A stretch of 64,000 bases of DNA, from NCBI GenBank assembly GCA_964016885.1, contig OZ024742.1:69130001-69194000 (forward strand), written 5' to 3'. The stretch is from Eledone cirrhosa (lineage: Eukaryota). The notes beneath the pieces were generated by a model. That model did no database searches. It was not told the origin of the DNA and saw only the letters and a program-made list of their open reading frames with translations. A program made the translations under genes and the position numbers. Within the stretch, counting starts at the first letter, position 1, and every line of letters begins with the position of its first letter. Of this stretch, positions 1 through 13,052 are shown in pieces.

Positions 1-1009
1 TATATATATATATATATAAATATAGTAATAATATATATATATATATATAAATATAGTAATAATAATAATATATATATATATATATATATAGTAATAATAA
101 TAAACAAACGATAGTTACTTCAGATAATCTCTATTTTATTATACATATTGCGAAGACCCAACGCTTTTGTACAATATAATCCGAAACATGTTCTCGTTAG
201 ACAAAATGCAAAGGAGATGCAGGAATCATTTTATATACTGGCGGTCAAACGAGCTGGACAGATAGGTGACAACCAAGCATAAGATTAGAAAACAAACAAA
301 CACAGAAGATGTTATGTGAGTAGGAGAAAAATACAGTTGGATGTTTGAAATTATCTAAAATATGACGTAATTAGATTGGTAAAAAAATATATAGACAGTT
401 AGACAGTTTATATGTTACTTATATTAGCTTAAAATAGATACTATACTAAAAAAATATATATATCATACCAAAGAAAAAATATTCTAGCATGCAAGAATCA
501 TATTGTAACTAAATAATAAAGAAGAAAAATTAGGATTACAAAATTCAAAGGTAACATATCCGAGTTTATGTATAATTTAAATTGGTATTATATGAGTGGA
601 AAGATATTTAACAATTGGTATGGCTTTTTTTTTTATATAACTCATATGGTTATTTAGATGAATTATTTAGATAAATTATTTAGTTCAAAAGAAGAGATGC
701 AATTACTGTGGCCTAATCTTTCCTTTCAACAATTATATTCAAGTAGGTATTATATGAATAGAGGAAAATATTAACTATTGGCGTAACTATTATTATAAGA
801 AAATATGTATGTATTATAGTCTACTTTATAAATATATATTAAATTTAATTTACTTATGTACTAACTAAAGATAAGGTAAATGAAAAAGTTATAACGAAAT
901 AATATTAGTTTACTTATTTTCTATTTAAACATAATAAAACCGCTTAAAAATTATATAAAGAAATATTACTTATTTAATTTTTTTGTTAAGTTTAACTAAA
1001 AACTCTATG

Positions 1010-3013
1010 AAACGTTTTCGAAAACCTGTGAAGACAAGAGCTAAAGATTTAGATCGTTTATTAATTATTAATTGCTTATTATAAATGATATGTAGAATTT
1101 CTGTGGTACAGAGGTCACATCCTTTAGATACGAAAGCATTTTTATAAGGAAAAGCATTCGAAGATTTCTGCCAAGAAAGGGAATATTCGATATTATTATT
1201 TTGAAGTGACCAAATGCGTTCAAATCCCGCCGAGGTTGACTTTGCCTTTCATCCGTACGGGGTCGATAAAATAAAGTACCAGTAATGCACTGGTTAATTG
1301 CTGGCCTTGTGCCTAAAGTAGAAACAATTATTTTTAAGTGACCAAATCAATTCAGTGAGGGCTGTACTAAATCTTCTCTTTTCAACGAGTGGCGACGGTT
1401 GTACCATCTTTCTTTAAATTTTGAAGAGCTGGCACCGATATAGTTATAGGACTTATATTTTGTTTTAACTGTGCATTTATAAACTAAATTACGATCAAGA
1501 CAGTTATTATTTAGCGGGCAAAAATTACTTTTTTTATAATTCTAATTACTTACGTTACTATTCGATGATGCCACTCTGTGTCTATAAGTCATTAGGTTTT
1601 CGTCGTCTATGTTATTGGTGTAATCATTGCTGATTGAGATGTTGTTTATTCCATTAGGGATTCCAAGATTATCATTATGTGTTAACTCCATATGATTAGT
1701 TCCGAGATTTCTATTGTTAATTTTAATTATAGTTTGGGCAATATTTTTAGTAGTCGAGTGGGAAAGTTTATTGTGTGTCGGTTAAAGATTCTACTATATT
1801 TATGTGTATTTGGAAAACATTTATCAAGAGAATTAAAGAAAAGATAAGTTAAGTTCTTGATTCCTAATGATAATGGTGGACTATACCACAAAACAGAACG
1901 GTATCAAACTCTTTTAGAAGACCTATTGGTTTTATAGTAGTTATATCGAGTCTCAAATAGGATTTGACCTGACTCCATATCTTAGGTTTTGATTATCAGC
2001 ATTATTAGAATTATTATAAACTGTATGTGTTTTAGTTTTAATATCTATTGTATGCTGATTTCTATACGGGGGTGGATAATCCTTTTTATCCATGTACTCA
2101 ATTTTATCAGGGTAACCTGCTCTATTTAAAGCATTGTTATAGTATTTAGCCTTACGTCGAAAATTTCTTTGTTAGCTGAGAGTGTGGAGATTCTTTGTTG
2201 AACACCATTAACTATGGCTCTTTTAACGTTTCTAGGATGGTTTGAATGGAAGCTAACATAATTAAGGTTTTGGTTTGATTTATGGAATGGATAGTAAAGG
2301 CCAGAATTAAGGCTTAACGTTATGTCTAGGAAGTTGACTACTCTATTATTATTTTCTATTTCGTGTTAAAGACCGTAATTATAAAAAAATCAGTAATTAT
2401 TTTCTTTTTCTTATTAAGGGCGTTATTATTATGGTTAGTTAATGCAAAAAGAGCATCATCTCGATATAAACATCCACCAAGCTCAGGTAATCTTCTGTGA
2501 ATTAGGTTAAGGATAAATATTCCAACGAGGTCGGTGATGGTGATGTCAAAATTTCTAAGTTTATCGGCTCTAGTCCATAGTTCACCATTGAAATCAATAA
2601 TAGTCTTTCTAGCAGTAAGTATAATATTAATTTCATCACTTGAAATATCAGTATATTTTGTTGCATATGTTGAGGCTTCGTTTAGTAGTGCAGGAGAAAT
2701 AGAATAGTAATTGGTTATATCCAATTGAATAAATTTGGTCTTGTTTTTATTTTGAAGTTCCGTGAACCAATCGATAACCTTATAACGTTTGATAATTTAA
2801 GTTGAGATCGCAGCTTTAAAACTGCTATGATTCTATCTAGAATACTTTTAGTTATAATTCCTAAGTCAGATTTAGATGGAGCTATAAATCTGACAGGTAG
2901 CTCATATTCAAAGTTATCCTTATGGTCTTTCATATTTAACTTCGGTGTTTTAGGTATGAAAGGTTCAATTCGGCGTTCAATCCTAAGTTCGGTAACAATT
3001 TCAAAAGATTCTT

Positions 3014-3016
<3 letters not shown>
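1010..3016 (-). mobile_element. Degenerate Penelope-like element (RT + GIY-YIG)
   Basis: Minus-strand fragments LPVRFIAPSKSDLG, LYRDDAL (RT catalytic motif), FLDITLSLNSG..HSNHP, LWYSPP and FCPLNNNC..VYKCTV..YIG; frameshifted; SINE inserted near 1215-1330. Confidence 0.75.
1215..1333 (+). mobile_element. 5'-truncated tRNA-derived SINE (family S1)
   Basis: GTTCAAATCCC B-box, GCCTTTCATCC..GGGGTCGATAAAATAAAGTACCAG core, tail GGCCTTGTGCCTAAAGTAGAAACAATTATT. Confidence 0.8.
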
Positions 3017-3059
<43 letters not shown>

Positions 3060-3310
3060 TGGGTACAGAATAGAAGTTTAAGCAATGAATTACTGCTTTC
3101 ACCCTAATCGGAATTATCTGAAACTGAGAAAAAATAATTTGTAGAGGCTGAAATATATATTTCAAATTACGACCAAGTATTTCCTTTAGTAAACAGGAAG
3201 ACAGACGTTTTCTTGAGATGAAATAAATGTATGCAAAGAAAAGAACACATTCTTGTCATGTAAAGTCTTTTTAGAATAGCCGAATAATTTCCAGTTACCA
3301 TATATGGAAA

Positions 3311-3496
3311 ATAATTGTTTCTACTTTTTGGCACAAGGCCAGCAATTACCCAGTACATTACTGGTACTTTATTTTATCGACCCCGTAAGGATGAAAGGCA
3401 AAGTGAACCTCGGCGGGATTTGAAGTCAGACCTTAAAGGGACGTAACTATGCTGGAAAGGCATGGCGTCCGACTCTCTACTGATACTTCCAATCCA
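3311..3496 (-). mobile_element. Full-length SINE S1 with 19-bp target-site duplication
   Basis: Same core as the other S1 copies; ACCATATATGGAAAATAAT at 3297-3315 and 3496-3514. Confidence 0.85.
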
Positions 3497-3519
3497 CCAT
3501 ATATGGAAAATAATATTGA

Positions 3520-3865
3520 TAGTAAGAGATCACAGCTCCTATACTCTGGGTATGCGGTTAGAATGTCTCAAGAAAGAATCGTTGGACAGATTTTACTGGC
3601 AAAACCAAACGACAAGAGGCTCAGGGGAAGACCCCGAGCCAGATGATTGGTTAAACATCCATGGGTTTGGCTGGTCTCGCTTGGGGATTCACCAGATCAG
3701 TTGGAGACAGTTGCTACTGACAGGGCACGCTGGATGGCGTGTTTGAGGACTCTGCCCTCACGACCCTCTCAGGAAGAAGAAGAAGAAGAAGAAGAAGAAG
3801 AAGAAGAAGAAGAAGAAGAAGAAGAAGAAGAAGAAGAAGAAGAAGAAGAAGAAGAAGAAGAAGAA
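3520..3865 (+). mobile_element. 3' fragment of RTE-clade LINE with long (GAA)n tail
   Basis: RSQLLYSGYAVRMSQERI..KRLRGRPRAR is an RTE C-terminal motif; homologous to 27770-28040; (GAA)n at 3773-3864. Confidence 0.75.
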
Positions 3866-4087
3866 TATATTAATGGTAGTAAAATGATTGAACATAAAAA
3901 TACTGAAGGTATTAAAAATAGTAATAATAATGACAATATTAATAGTAATGTTTTCGGGTTTAGGCTCATGCATAAGTATGCGCTGAATGGTGTGGATGTG
4001 TGCATTAACGAAAAAATACTGTACGAAAATTACACACACAACATATACACACACACAGACACACACATATATATACCTATATATATA

Positions 4088-4612
4088 TGGTGGCTGCAAA
4101 CTCTGCTAAGAGTATTGCAATCGCTTGTCAGATTACAGAAAATGGTGCACCTTTAGGCTACCGCCAGCCACATGAACCTGTAACAGCTCCTGAACAAGAA
4201 ATGCCTGTGCTTTGAAGGTTTTTAAGTGGGGAAAGGCCTAGCAATCGACCAATCCCACTCTTTGAGCATCGAAAACACTACGCGAAAAGGAGAACTTGTC
4301 AACATCATCGATGCTTCCGAAGCCACAGGTTTTTCTTTTCAGAGTTTCCTTCTCCTAGAAAGGTGTTGTGACAACAACTGGGGGTCTTTCACTCTCAGGT
4401 GGAAAAAAAGTACTATTTGGATGGTTTTTGAGTCTGTTGAGTTCCTCCGCCCCTTGCCGGGTCTTGTATTTCATCCCGCAGGGTATCCAAATATCACCCT
4501 CCTCACTCCTCACCAAGCAAGCTTGGTGGGGTTGCCGGTTTAGTCGCCGACGACCCGACCATGAGACAGGTTGTACTGGGTTACATGTTACCAGTAGCAC
4601 TCGAGAGTGACC
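4088..4612 (-). mobile_element. Non-autonomous RTE-related element (5'UTR-like head + GCAGCCACCA tail), family N1
   Basis: Shares GGTAACATGTAACCCAGTACAACCTGTC..GGCAACCCCACCAAG and CTAGGAGAAGGAAACTCTG blocks with 19876-20431; no ORF. Confidence 0.55.
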
Positions 4613-4689
4613 TGACATAACATATACACATATATATATATATACATACAAATACCCCCCACCCCACCCCCACATACACATATAAAATT

Positions 4690-5430
4690 TGATTGTTATT
4701 AGCTGTCACACCATGACGTATATCGTCTGCATAGTGTCCATACTATCCGTTAGGATATAATACAAAAATGTTTTGTAGAGTTTATGATTACAACCCGAAA
4801 TTGCCTTAGATTTTTTGTTTAAAATACTTTAGTTGGTGTAAAGGATTATAAGGGCTTCAGTGGCACAAAGATCATATGTCATTTATTTCCGTTATAGCAT
4901 CTAGCTTTAGATAAGATCTCCCAAAGTAACCTATATAAGATGTTATTGGCTTTTAAACTCCAGATATAAGCCGAAAGTGAGGTTATATTCTTACTTAAAA
5001 GGATTTTAAATGAATGAGAGTGCATGTATAAACGTTTCTTAAATCTATTGGCTGTTATCTCTTCGTAAGCCTTACAACTTATGGGTGTATCAACCTTACA
5101 TTTATGAACTAAATTGCTCGATAGGTATTTCCCGGCTAGACGGCAGTATTCTCTGTTGATACAATTGTTGCTAGAACTAACTTGAGGATTGTTTATATTA
5201 CTACAGTTAGTTAATTTTGCTAAGTTAGATGCAGTGATGTTGTGTGCAAGGCTGGCAGTTGTGGAATAGGATATTTTAACTGTGTTTCTATTAAAAATGT
5301 TGTGATACTTATGTGGTAAGGGGAAATTCTTTCTAATTGAAGTAAGGAGCTATTGGGGTGGCCACTTCCATATTATATGATGGGTTGAAGAATATTGAAT
5401 AATATAACTATAAATTGGTTAGGCATATAG
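4690..5430 (-). mobile_element. Decayed Penelope-like element, 3' half
   Basis: Minus-strand remnants FFNPSY, LPHKYHNIFNRNTVKISYS and a Cys-rich linker SNLVHKCK typical of PLE RT-thumb/GIY-YIG; many stops. Confidence 0.55.
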
Positions 5431-5577
5431 AAAAAGAAAGCAGGCTATAAATGCCATAAATGGCGAGAAAAGGAGGGAAAGTACAAGGACTACTAGACAA
5501 AGGAAGAAAGAAAGAGGGAAAGGGAGAGGGTGATAGACTAGTGCATGAGGACTTTTTTTTTTAGATGAGCGAAAGAT

Positions 5578-5778
5578 TTCTAGTATAGGCACAAGGCCAG
5601 TAATTTTCGGGAGGGGAAATCGATTAAATCGACCCCAGTACGTTACTGGTTCTTTATTTTATCGACCCTGTAAAGACGAAAGGCAAAGTTAACATCAGCG
5701 GGATTTGAACTCAGACCGTAATGAGCCGTAACTCTATGCTGCAAAGCATAGCGTCTGACTCTCTAGCGATACTACTAC
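5578..5778 (-). mobile_element. SINE S1 variant
   Basis: Core TTTATTTTATCGACCC..GAAAGGCAAAGTTAAC..GGGATTTGAACTCAG on the plus strand. Confidence 0.8.
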
Positions 5779-6253
5779 TTCTAATAATAATGAAAACATT
5801 AATAGTAATGTTTTCGGGTTTAGGCTCAAATATATGGCTGCGCTGAACGGTGTGGACTCATGCGTTAATGAAAATGTAGTGCACGAAAATTATACACACG
5901 CATATACATATATACAGATATATGCAAAAACACGTGTACGTACATATGCACATATACCGATGCATACATATACTCACATATATACGCATATACACGTACG
6001 CATGCATATGCATATATACACCCCCTCCCTTTCCATCCGACCCCACACCCTACATTCAACCTACGCCCTCTTTCGGTTTGCCTCACAGTATTGAGATTTA
6101 TGTAAGTACTCTTCACCTACTTGCCTTTTCTAGCTGTATGTATGAAAATGTGTGTGGATGGTAGTATGTACGAATATGTATGCATGCATTTGCGTGTATA
6201 TATGTATATATATATATATATGGTTGTGTGTATATTTGTATATATGTGTGTGA

Positions 6254-6326
<73 letters not shown>

Positions 6327-6399
6327 TATAAAAATGTGTGTGTACATGTGTATATATGGATGTATGTATATATGTGTATGTATACGCGCGGGGACATAG

Positions 6400-6737
6400 A
6401 CATAATCAGGCTGGATACCCGATCGCGAGGTTAAACCACTGGTAGTGAAGGACCCCTACCATTTGTCAGGGCATTCTTCTAGGAGAAGTCAACGCAGGAA
6501 ACTGGGATAACACCGACATAAAACCTGCGGCTCAGTAGTTACCGATGATGTTGATCTTTTCTTATTTGCGGGTTATAGCTGCTGTCGCTCAGAGAATGGG
6601 ATTCACTCAGTGCACAGTCTTTCCTCACTTTAAAAAAATCTTCACGCACAGGCATTGCACGATAGCATTAATTGATAACTAATGATAATGTTATATCGTG
6701 CAATGGCCATACTCGATAACGAGGGGGTAGCCATCAT
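6400..6737 (+). mobile_element. Non-autonomous RTE-related element (family N1-like)
   Basis: High similarity to 35390-35755 (GAAGGACCCCTA..AAAACCTGCGGCTCAGTAGTTACCGATGATG..CTCGATAACGAGGGGG.AGCCATCAT); internal palindrome ATTGCACGATA..TATCGTGCAAT. Confidence 0.6.
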
Positions 6738-6844
<107 letters not shown>

Positions 6845-6939
6845 CGCATGGGTGTGGGTGCTTTGTGTGTATGGGTGTGTGTATTTATATAAGTAAGTGT
6901 ATGATTATGTGTGTATATGTATATATATATATGTATATA

Positions 6940-7680
6940 TCTATATATTAATTTCAACAATGTCAGTATTCCGTGTGTCATAATTCTCGATTATCATTGG
7001 TTCATAGGTTTCAAAAGACTCCACGCACCTCAACGCCAAACTTAAATTAATATGCATAATTCTAATGAGGGAGTTAGTGGAGAGAGTAAGAAACAGAGAG
7101 GCAAAGTGAACGCTGTGTTGGATACACTATGTATATGTGTCAGTGTAGAGACATGTGTGTGTGTGATGTGTGTGGAAATAAGAGGGGAAGGAAAGCAATA
7201 ACTATTAACATGTGTGCGTGTGTATGTACCTGCGTGTGTATGTACGTGCGCGTATGTTTATGTGTGCGTGCGTGCAGCATTCCACAGAAAGTAAAAACTA
7301 TCAACATGTGTGAGTGTGTGCGTGTGTGTAAGTGCACGGGTGCGTTTGAAAGTTTGCGTACGTGTGCGCGTTTCCATGCGTTCCACAATCGCCACGCAGT
7401 TTATCTGTCTGTGTGCCTGTATGTCAGTCTAACATACACAGAGTTGTGAAGGGAGTAAATAGGGAACTTTTTTTTACATTGACGGACATCTTTTATATTT
7501 ATTATTGTGTCAATTTTTGACAATTGCTCGAAATAAATACTGATAATAAAAGCAATTCGACTTTATCAAACAGTGAACTACAGCGACGACTGCGTGTAGC
7601 CAGGAATGAAGAAAAACGGCCTCTTTTACCTGTCTTCTCTTATCATCTGTTTACCTGGCCGAAGCTGGGTACGTCAGCTA

Positions 7681-7681
<1 letters not shown>
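6940..7681 (+). mobile_element. Non-autonomous Helitron
   Basis: 5' A|TCTATATATT at 6940; 3' hairpin ACCTGGC-CGAA-GCTGGGT followed by CTAG|T at 7678-7682. Confidence 0.6.
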
Positions 7682-7712
<31 letters not shown>

Positions 7713-7719
<7 letters not shown>

Positions 7720-8465
7720 TAGTCCTTCATCAGTGATCTTCTAACCATCATTGGTATTTCATCGCTTTAAAGACCATATACCTCCGGTTGGTGCGAGCAA
7801 CGGCTAAAAAAAGTCGTTGGGACACGTAAATAAAGGGGACACGAGAGTGTAAACAAACAAATATGGTGAAGCAACGAAAAATGAGGAAGAAGGAGTCAAG
7901 TCCCAAATTTCCATGAATATAAGTTCGGTGAAATCGTGAACGAGAGAGAATAAAGACCATCACACCTGGTTGGAATGTGAGCAAGGAAGGAATTCCGTAC
8001 AGGTCTAACGGGAGGAAGAAGGGATCTAGTCTGTGAATTCGGTGAACGTAAGTTCTGTGAAATCGTAGACGAGAGAGAGAAAAAAAGCGACCTGCCTGAC
8101 CAAGGGTGCGAAAGAAAAGAATTACGCACAGGTCAAACGGGGAGAAGGAGGAGGAGGAGGAGGAGGAGGAGGAGATGTAGTAACAGAGAGTGAGTGAGTG
8201 AAGGGTGAGGAAGAGGCTAACAGAGAGAGTGACTGTTAGAGAGGGTAAAGATACAGAGAAAGAGGAAGCAGTAAGAACGAACTAGACGGGTCACAGCGGG
8301 GGAAAAATATGTGTAAATATGAGAATAAACGTGCTGCGTGGTTGCTAATGGGTTACATATGAATAAAGTTAGTCCTTCATCAGTGATCTTCCAACCATCA
8401 TTGGTATTTCATCGCTTTAAAGACCATATACCTCCGGTTGGTGCGAGCAACGGCTAAAAAAAGTC

Positions 8466-8503
<38 letters not shown>

Positions 8504-9320
8504 AATGAAGAATTAGAAATAGAAGTTAGGAATATCCGTTATCAGTTGTCTACTAGCCATCATAGGTATTTCTTCGCATTACAGACAATATACCTCCAGC
8601 TAGGACGATACAATAACTGAAATAAGTTATTGGGATAAAAAGAGTTGGGTGGAGAAAGAGAGACGTGTAAACAAACACGAATGGTGAGGCAACGTAAAAA
8701 CAGGAAAAAATGAAAAAAAATCAAGTCAATAATTAATTTCGAACATAAGAACGGGCGAATTTTGACGAGAAGGTAAAGACACATCTTAGCCGTACAGATG
8801 TGAGCGAGGAAAAGGATTTCGTACGCTATGGGACGATGGAAGAAGTGAGAGAGAGGGTGAGTAGCAGAGAGTGAGTGAGTGAAAGTGCGACAAAGATGAT
8901 AGCCGAGAGAGGGTGACTAGCAGAGGGGGTGAGTGAAATTAAAAGGGAGAAGGAGAGAGAAGGGGGAGAGAGAAAGAGGATAGCAGTAAGGGAAGAGAAA
9001 AAAGACAGGTCACAGCGAAAGTGAAAGCATATATGAATAAAATATGGTGAGCTGTGTTGTTGCAATTAAGTATAATAAATGAAGAATTAGAAATAGAAGT
9101 TAGGAATATCCGCCATCAGTTGTCTACTAGCCATCATAGATATTTCTTCGCGTAACAGACAATATACCTCCAGTTAGGGCGATACAATAATTAAAATAAG
9201 TTATTGGGATAAAAAGAGTTGGGTGGAGAAAGAGGGACATGTAAACAAACACGAATGGTGAGGCAACGTAAAGAGAGGAAAAAGGAAAAAATCAAGTCAA
9301 TAATTCATTTCGAAAATAAG
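7713..9320 (-). mobile_element. Two adjacent related non-coding elements with terminal direct repeats (7713-8467; 8499-9320)
   Basis: Repeats 7713-7827/8363-8467 and 8499-8740/9073-9320; homologous internal blocks; flanked by (TA)n; minus-strand CTGATGA, CTGATAA or CTGATGG in the repeats. Confidence 0.6.
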
Positions 9321-9352
9321 TTGAATCGGCCATAAACTGGAGATCAGACATA

Positions 9353-9535
9353 ATAATTGTTTCTACTTTTGACACAAGGCCAGAAAATTACCCAGTGCAT
9401 TACTGGTACTTTATTTTATCGACCTCGTAAGGATGAAAGGCAAAGTTAACCTCGGCGGGATTTGAACTCAGAATGGCAAGGGCTGTAATACTATGCGTCA
9501 AAGCATGGCGTCCGACCCTCTACTGATACTGCCAA
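9353..9535 (-). mobile_element. SINE S1
   Basis: Full S1 core and tail. Confidence 0.85.
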
Positions 9536-10514
9536 ATAAACTGCAGACACACCAGGAATAACACCTTCTCCACACAGAAATTCGGCCATGGGCCAACGAC
9601 TAACCCCGACTCAACATAGGGATAATCACCTTTGCCTTACCACACCGTCCCTCATCTCAGTACTATTGTAAGATCCGATCTCGTAAATATCATGGCGCAC
9701 TCATCAACCCCACCACCACCAAACACATCGTCATACATCCACAACCATCAACATCACCAACACATTGCCCGCCCAGACATTCGGCCATGTGCCAAGGACA
9801 AACCCTAGCTCGAACTCAACATAGGCATAATCACCAATACCTTACCACACCATCTCTCATTTCAGTACCATTGTTTTTTCTGTATTTTCTGTCAGTTTTA
9901 AACATTGTAACATTCGATCTTGTAAATATCATATCGCACCCATCATCCCCCACCACTACCACCAAACACATCGCCATACATCTACAACCATCAACCTCAC
10001 TAACACATACCACACCTAACATCCCACCCTAAACACCGCATGTGTGTGTGTGTCTGTATGTACGTATGTTTGTGTAATCGCCCGCCCCACTGGCTATATA
10101 TCTCCCCTCTTCCGACCAATCTCTTCACGGATTACACATATGTGAACATCGATCCCTAGAATCCACCACATTCCAAGGATATTACCCAGCATTCCACCAC
10201 ATCCTCTACGGAACTACCTTAAGGACTCACCCACTGACATACACTAAAAAAAAATGTTTTCCCACACGCCACCGACATCCACAACACGCATAAACACCAC
10301 ACACACACGTGCATACCACCACATATTTACACACTCAGCCTCCGGAATCCTATCCCCCCACCCCTCCCCATCCACACACGCACACACACTCCGACCTACA
10401 CCCCACCCCTCCCCATCCACACACGCACACACACTCCGACCTACACCCCACCCCACACACACCTCTTCCTGAACATGCAACTCCGTTCTTCCCCAACTCT
10501 TACTTTCACATACA

Positions 10515-10554
<40 letters not shown>

Positions 10555-10767
10555 ACCTTCAGCCCTCCCCGCTCGGACACCACCCTCCCCACTCCACCCG
10601 CCACCACCTCTACACTCTTTCACCACCTGTTTTACTTCATGGTTATTTTTATTTTTATCATGCTTTTATATTTAATTTCATTTGTACCGTTCCCTCTCAC
10701 CCCCTTTTTTCTATATGTCTCTCCACCACTCCCCTACACACCCTTGGAACTCTCTTCCCACACACTT

Positions 10768-10845
10768 TTCACCTGAAGAAGGGCTTATGCCCGAAACGTC
10801 GTTCCCCACCACCACCCCACTCTCAAGAGCGTGAAACTAATAAAC
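10768..10845 (+). ncRNA. Degenerate type I hammerhead motif in a PLE tail
   Basis: CTGAAGA-A-GGGC TTAT GCCC-GAAACG, with AATAAA downstream; stems I and III imperfect. Confidence 0.45.
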
Positions 10846-10891
10846 CTTTGTTCGTACTGCCTCTCTGTTTTGTTCCCGTTCAATTTTTTAC

Positions 10892-10922
<31 letters not shown>

Positions 10923-11357
10923 GTGTATGTATATAATATGTCTGTCTTGCTGCGTGTATATATGTATCTATATGCTTTTACATACACTCTGAACATTAAC
11001 TCCTTATAACATGAGCCCCCTTAACAATCCACTACCACACATAACACCCCACCCTAAACACCGCAACCTTTCATCCAGTATCATAAAACACAACACTACC
11101 ACACCAACACCACACACAAAAATCAGCCAAATCTACATGCCAAAGTGTCTAGCAACAACCAGCACTCCTTCACCGCCACCCACTTGAACCTACGCCCGGC
11201 ACCACCAACTTATCACCACCCCCACTCCCTACATAGACTGCAGGCAGAAACATCCCTATGAATTAACCCACCAATCAAAACAAACTTCACTGACCACCAT
11301 AGGAACATCTGACTTTCTCATACGGCATGTATATTCATTTTCCATTACCATTATAAG

Positions 11358-11438
11358 GGGTCTGACGAGCCGCGGATTAAAGAGTTGGGATAGATCGATA
11401 CAGATCGAACCTTGATCAGTGCCGAAACGCGCGTCACC
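11358..11438 (+). ncRNA. Type I hammerhead ribozyme (Penelope/retrozyme type)
   Basis: GGT-CTGACGA (11362)..extended stem II..GAAA (11424)-C GCGC GTC-ACC; palindromic stem III, GUC site at 11435, AATAAA 8 nt downstream. Confidence 0.7.
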
Positions 11439-11590
11439 AATCAATAAACGTAATGAAGGGGTAAACAATCGTTCTTGTTATTTTATTTCACTATAATACA
11501 CTCTGTATAGCTCTACATCTCGACACTGAAGTGAACCTAAACATCGAGTGCTCACCCGGGTGAACCTACAGTAACTCCAAGTTACACTCC

Positions 11591-11663
<73 letters not shown>

Positions 11664-11664
11664 A

Positions 11665-12214
11665 ATGAGCGGAACAAGTAAACATTAAACAATCTTTTAA
11701 ATAAATTAAAATACGATTTAAATATTCACCTGTTCTAGTGCTGTGACCGACGGTTTCGCTTATCAAAAGATTGGAAATTCAGAGAATTTCCAATGGAAAG
11801 AATTAGCTCTTCAGACAGCTATTTCCATACCACAGGGCACAAAGCCTTGTAGTAATAAATATATCGCTTTCTGCCCGATGCATGAGGTCAGGCCGTTAAA
11901 GTGACCCACACATAAATAGGCCGTAAGAAAAAGCGGGAATTATAGACTTGTTGAAATTTCATGTTACTAAAAATAGCAGCACGATACAACATTTTTTTCT
12001 CTACATAGAAGGAGAATACAAATAAATGATATAAATATTCCAGTAGGTACTAAGTACCCACGGAAATATACATGGTGTCTATAAAAGTTGTTGTTCAATG
12101 GTACTAATTTGAGATACCAGAACTATAAACATGAGCGGTACAAGTAAACATTAAACAATCTTTAAAATAAATTAAAATACGATTTAAATATTCACCTGTT
12201 CTAGTGCTGTGACC
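11665..12214 (-). mobile_element. Hammerhead-bearing non-coding element, 466-bp unit + 84-bp terminal redundancy
   Basis: 11665-11748 is repeated at 12131-12214; contains the 11740-11819 ribozyme. Confidence 0.65.
11740..11819 (-). ncRNA. Type I hammerhead ribozyme, intact core
   Basis: Minus strand GCTGT-CTGAAGA-GCT..ATTGGAAATTC TCT GAATTTCCAAT..AGC-GAAA-CCG T CG GTC-ACAGC: 5-bp stem I, long stem II, quasi-palindromic stem III, GUC cleavage triplet. Confidence 0.8.
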
Positions 12215-12954
12215 CTAGTTCTAGACGCCCATGTGAACTATGTTCGGCGGAAGTAATTGAAATAGTGACCGAAAAGAACCTTCTAAATTCCCGGCATGAT
12301 AGGATATTTAATTGCAAATACAAGGTTTTAAAAACCTTCGCTAAATACAAACTGGACTAGAACAAGATTCGATCCCTAATATCTCGGTTTTACTATATCC
12401 TATTTGGTACATTCCCTGCGGCATTTGAACTTTTCACACCCAATGGATTCAGTAATATTCAAAAGAATCCCATTTTCTTAATTCCTTTCCCCCTTACCCA
12501 CTCTAACCTACTCTTAATCTCTACCTTATATTTCTCTGTACTTCTCTTTATACCTTCACTACCCCCATATATGGTAAACATGAAAACCTTCACCTATAAC
12601 AACGGTCAAAGAATAATTGTTCAACATCACAGCTCACGGATCGATAGTGTGAAACTCTTTACCCCCACTCTCTCTCTCCTCTCTACTATCACACTAACTT
12701 ACTTTATTTCATGCTATTTTTAACTTATTTACATTTTTTAAAACAAAACTCTCATTACTGAATTTTACCTCGTAATGAACAGTTGAATTCCACTCCTATA
12801 TGCTTTCTGATGAAGTGTAACAAATAATTAAGTATTGCATATGATTGAACAATATATATTGTAGTCAGCATATGCAGACAATTAATAATAGACAAAGAAA
12901 CATATGTCAAAGCAAATAAATTCATCAATCTCTTCACGCCGACGTTAAATGTTT

Positions 12955-13048
<94 letters not shown>

Positions 13049-13052
<4 letters not shown>

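Noticed and set aside
3647-4156. Poly-Glu ORF and the many YIYI/HTHT/VCVC/poly-V/L ORFs
   Set aside because: They are translations of microsatellites and retroelement tails with no coding signal.
3921-5905. ~125-bp direct repeat (3921-4045 / 5782-5905) as LTRs
   Set aside because: The copies are diverged, lack TG..CA ends, and enclose unrelated nested repeats; this is likely an old local duplication.
12755-12937. 60-aa minus-strand ORF as the next exon of gene A
   Set aside because: It has no TIR or other recognisable motif and no convincing phase-1 acceptor.
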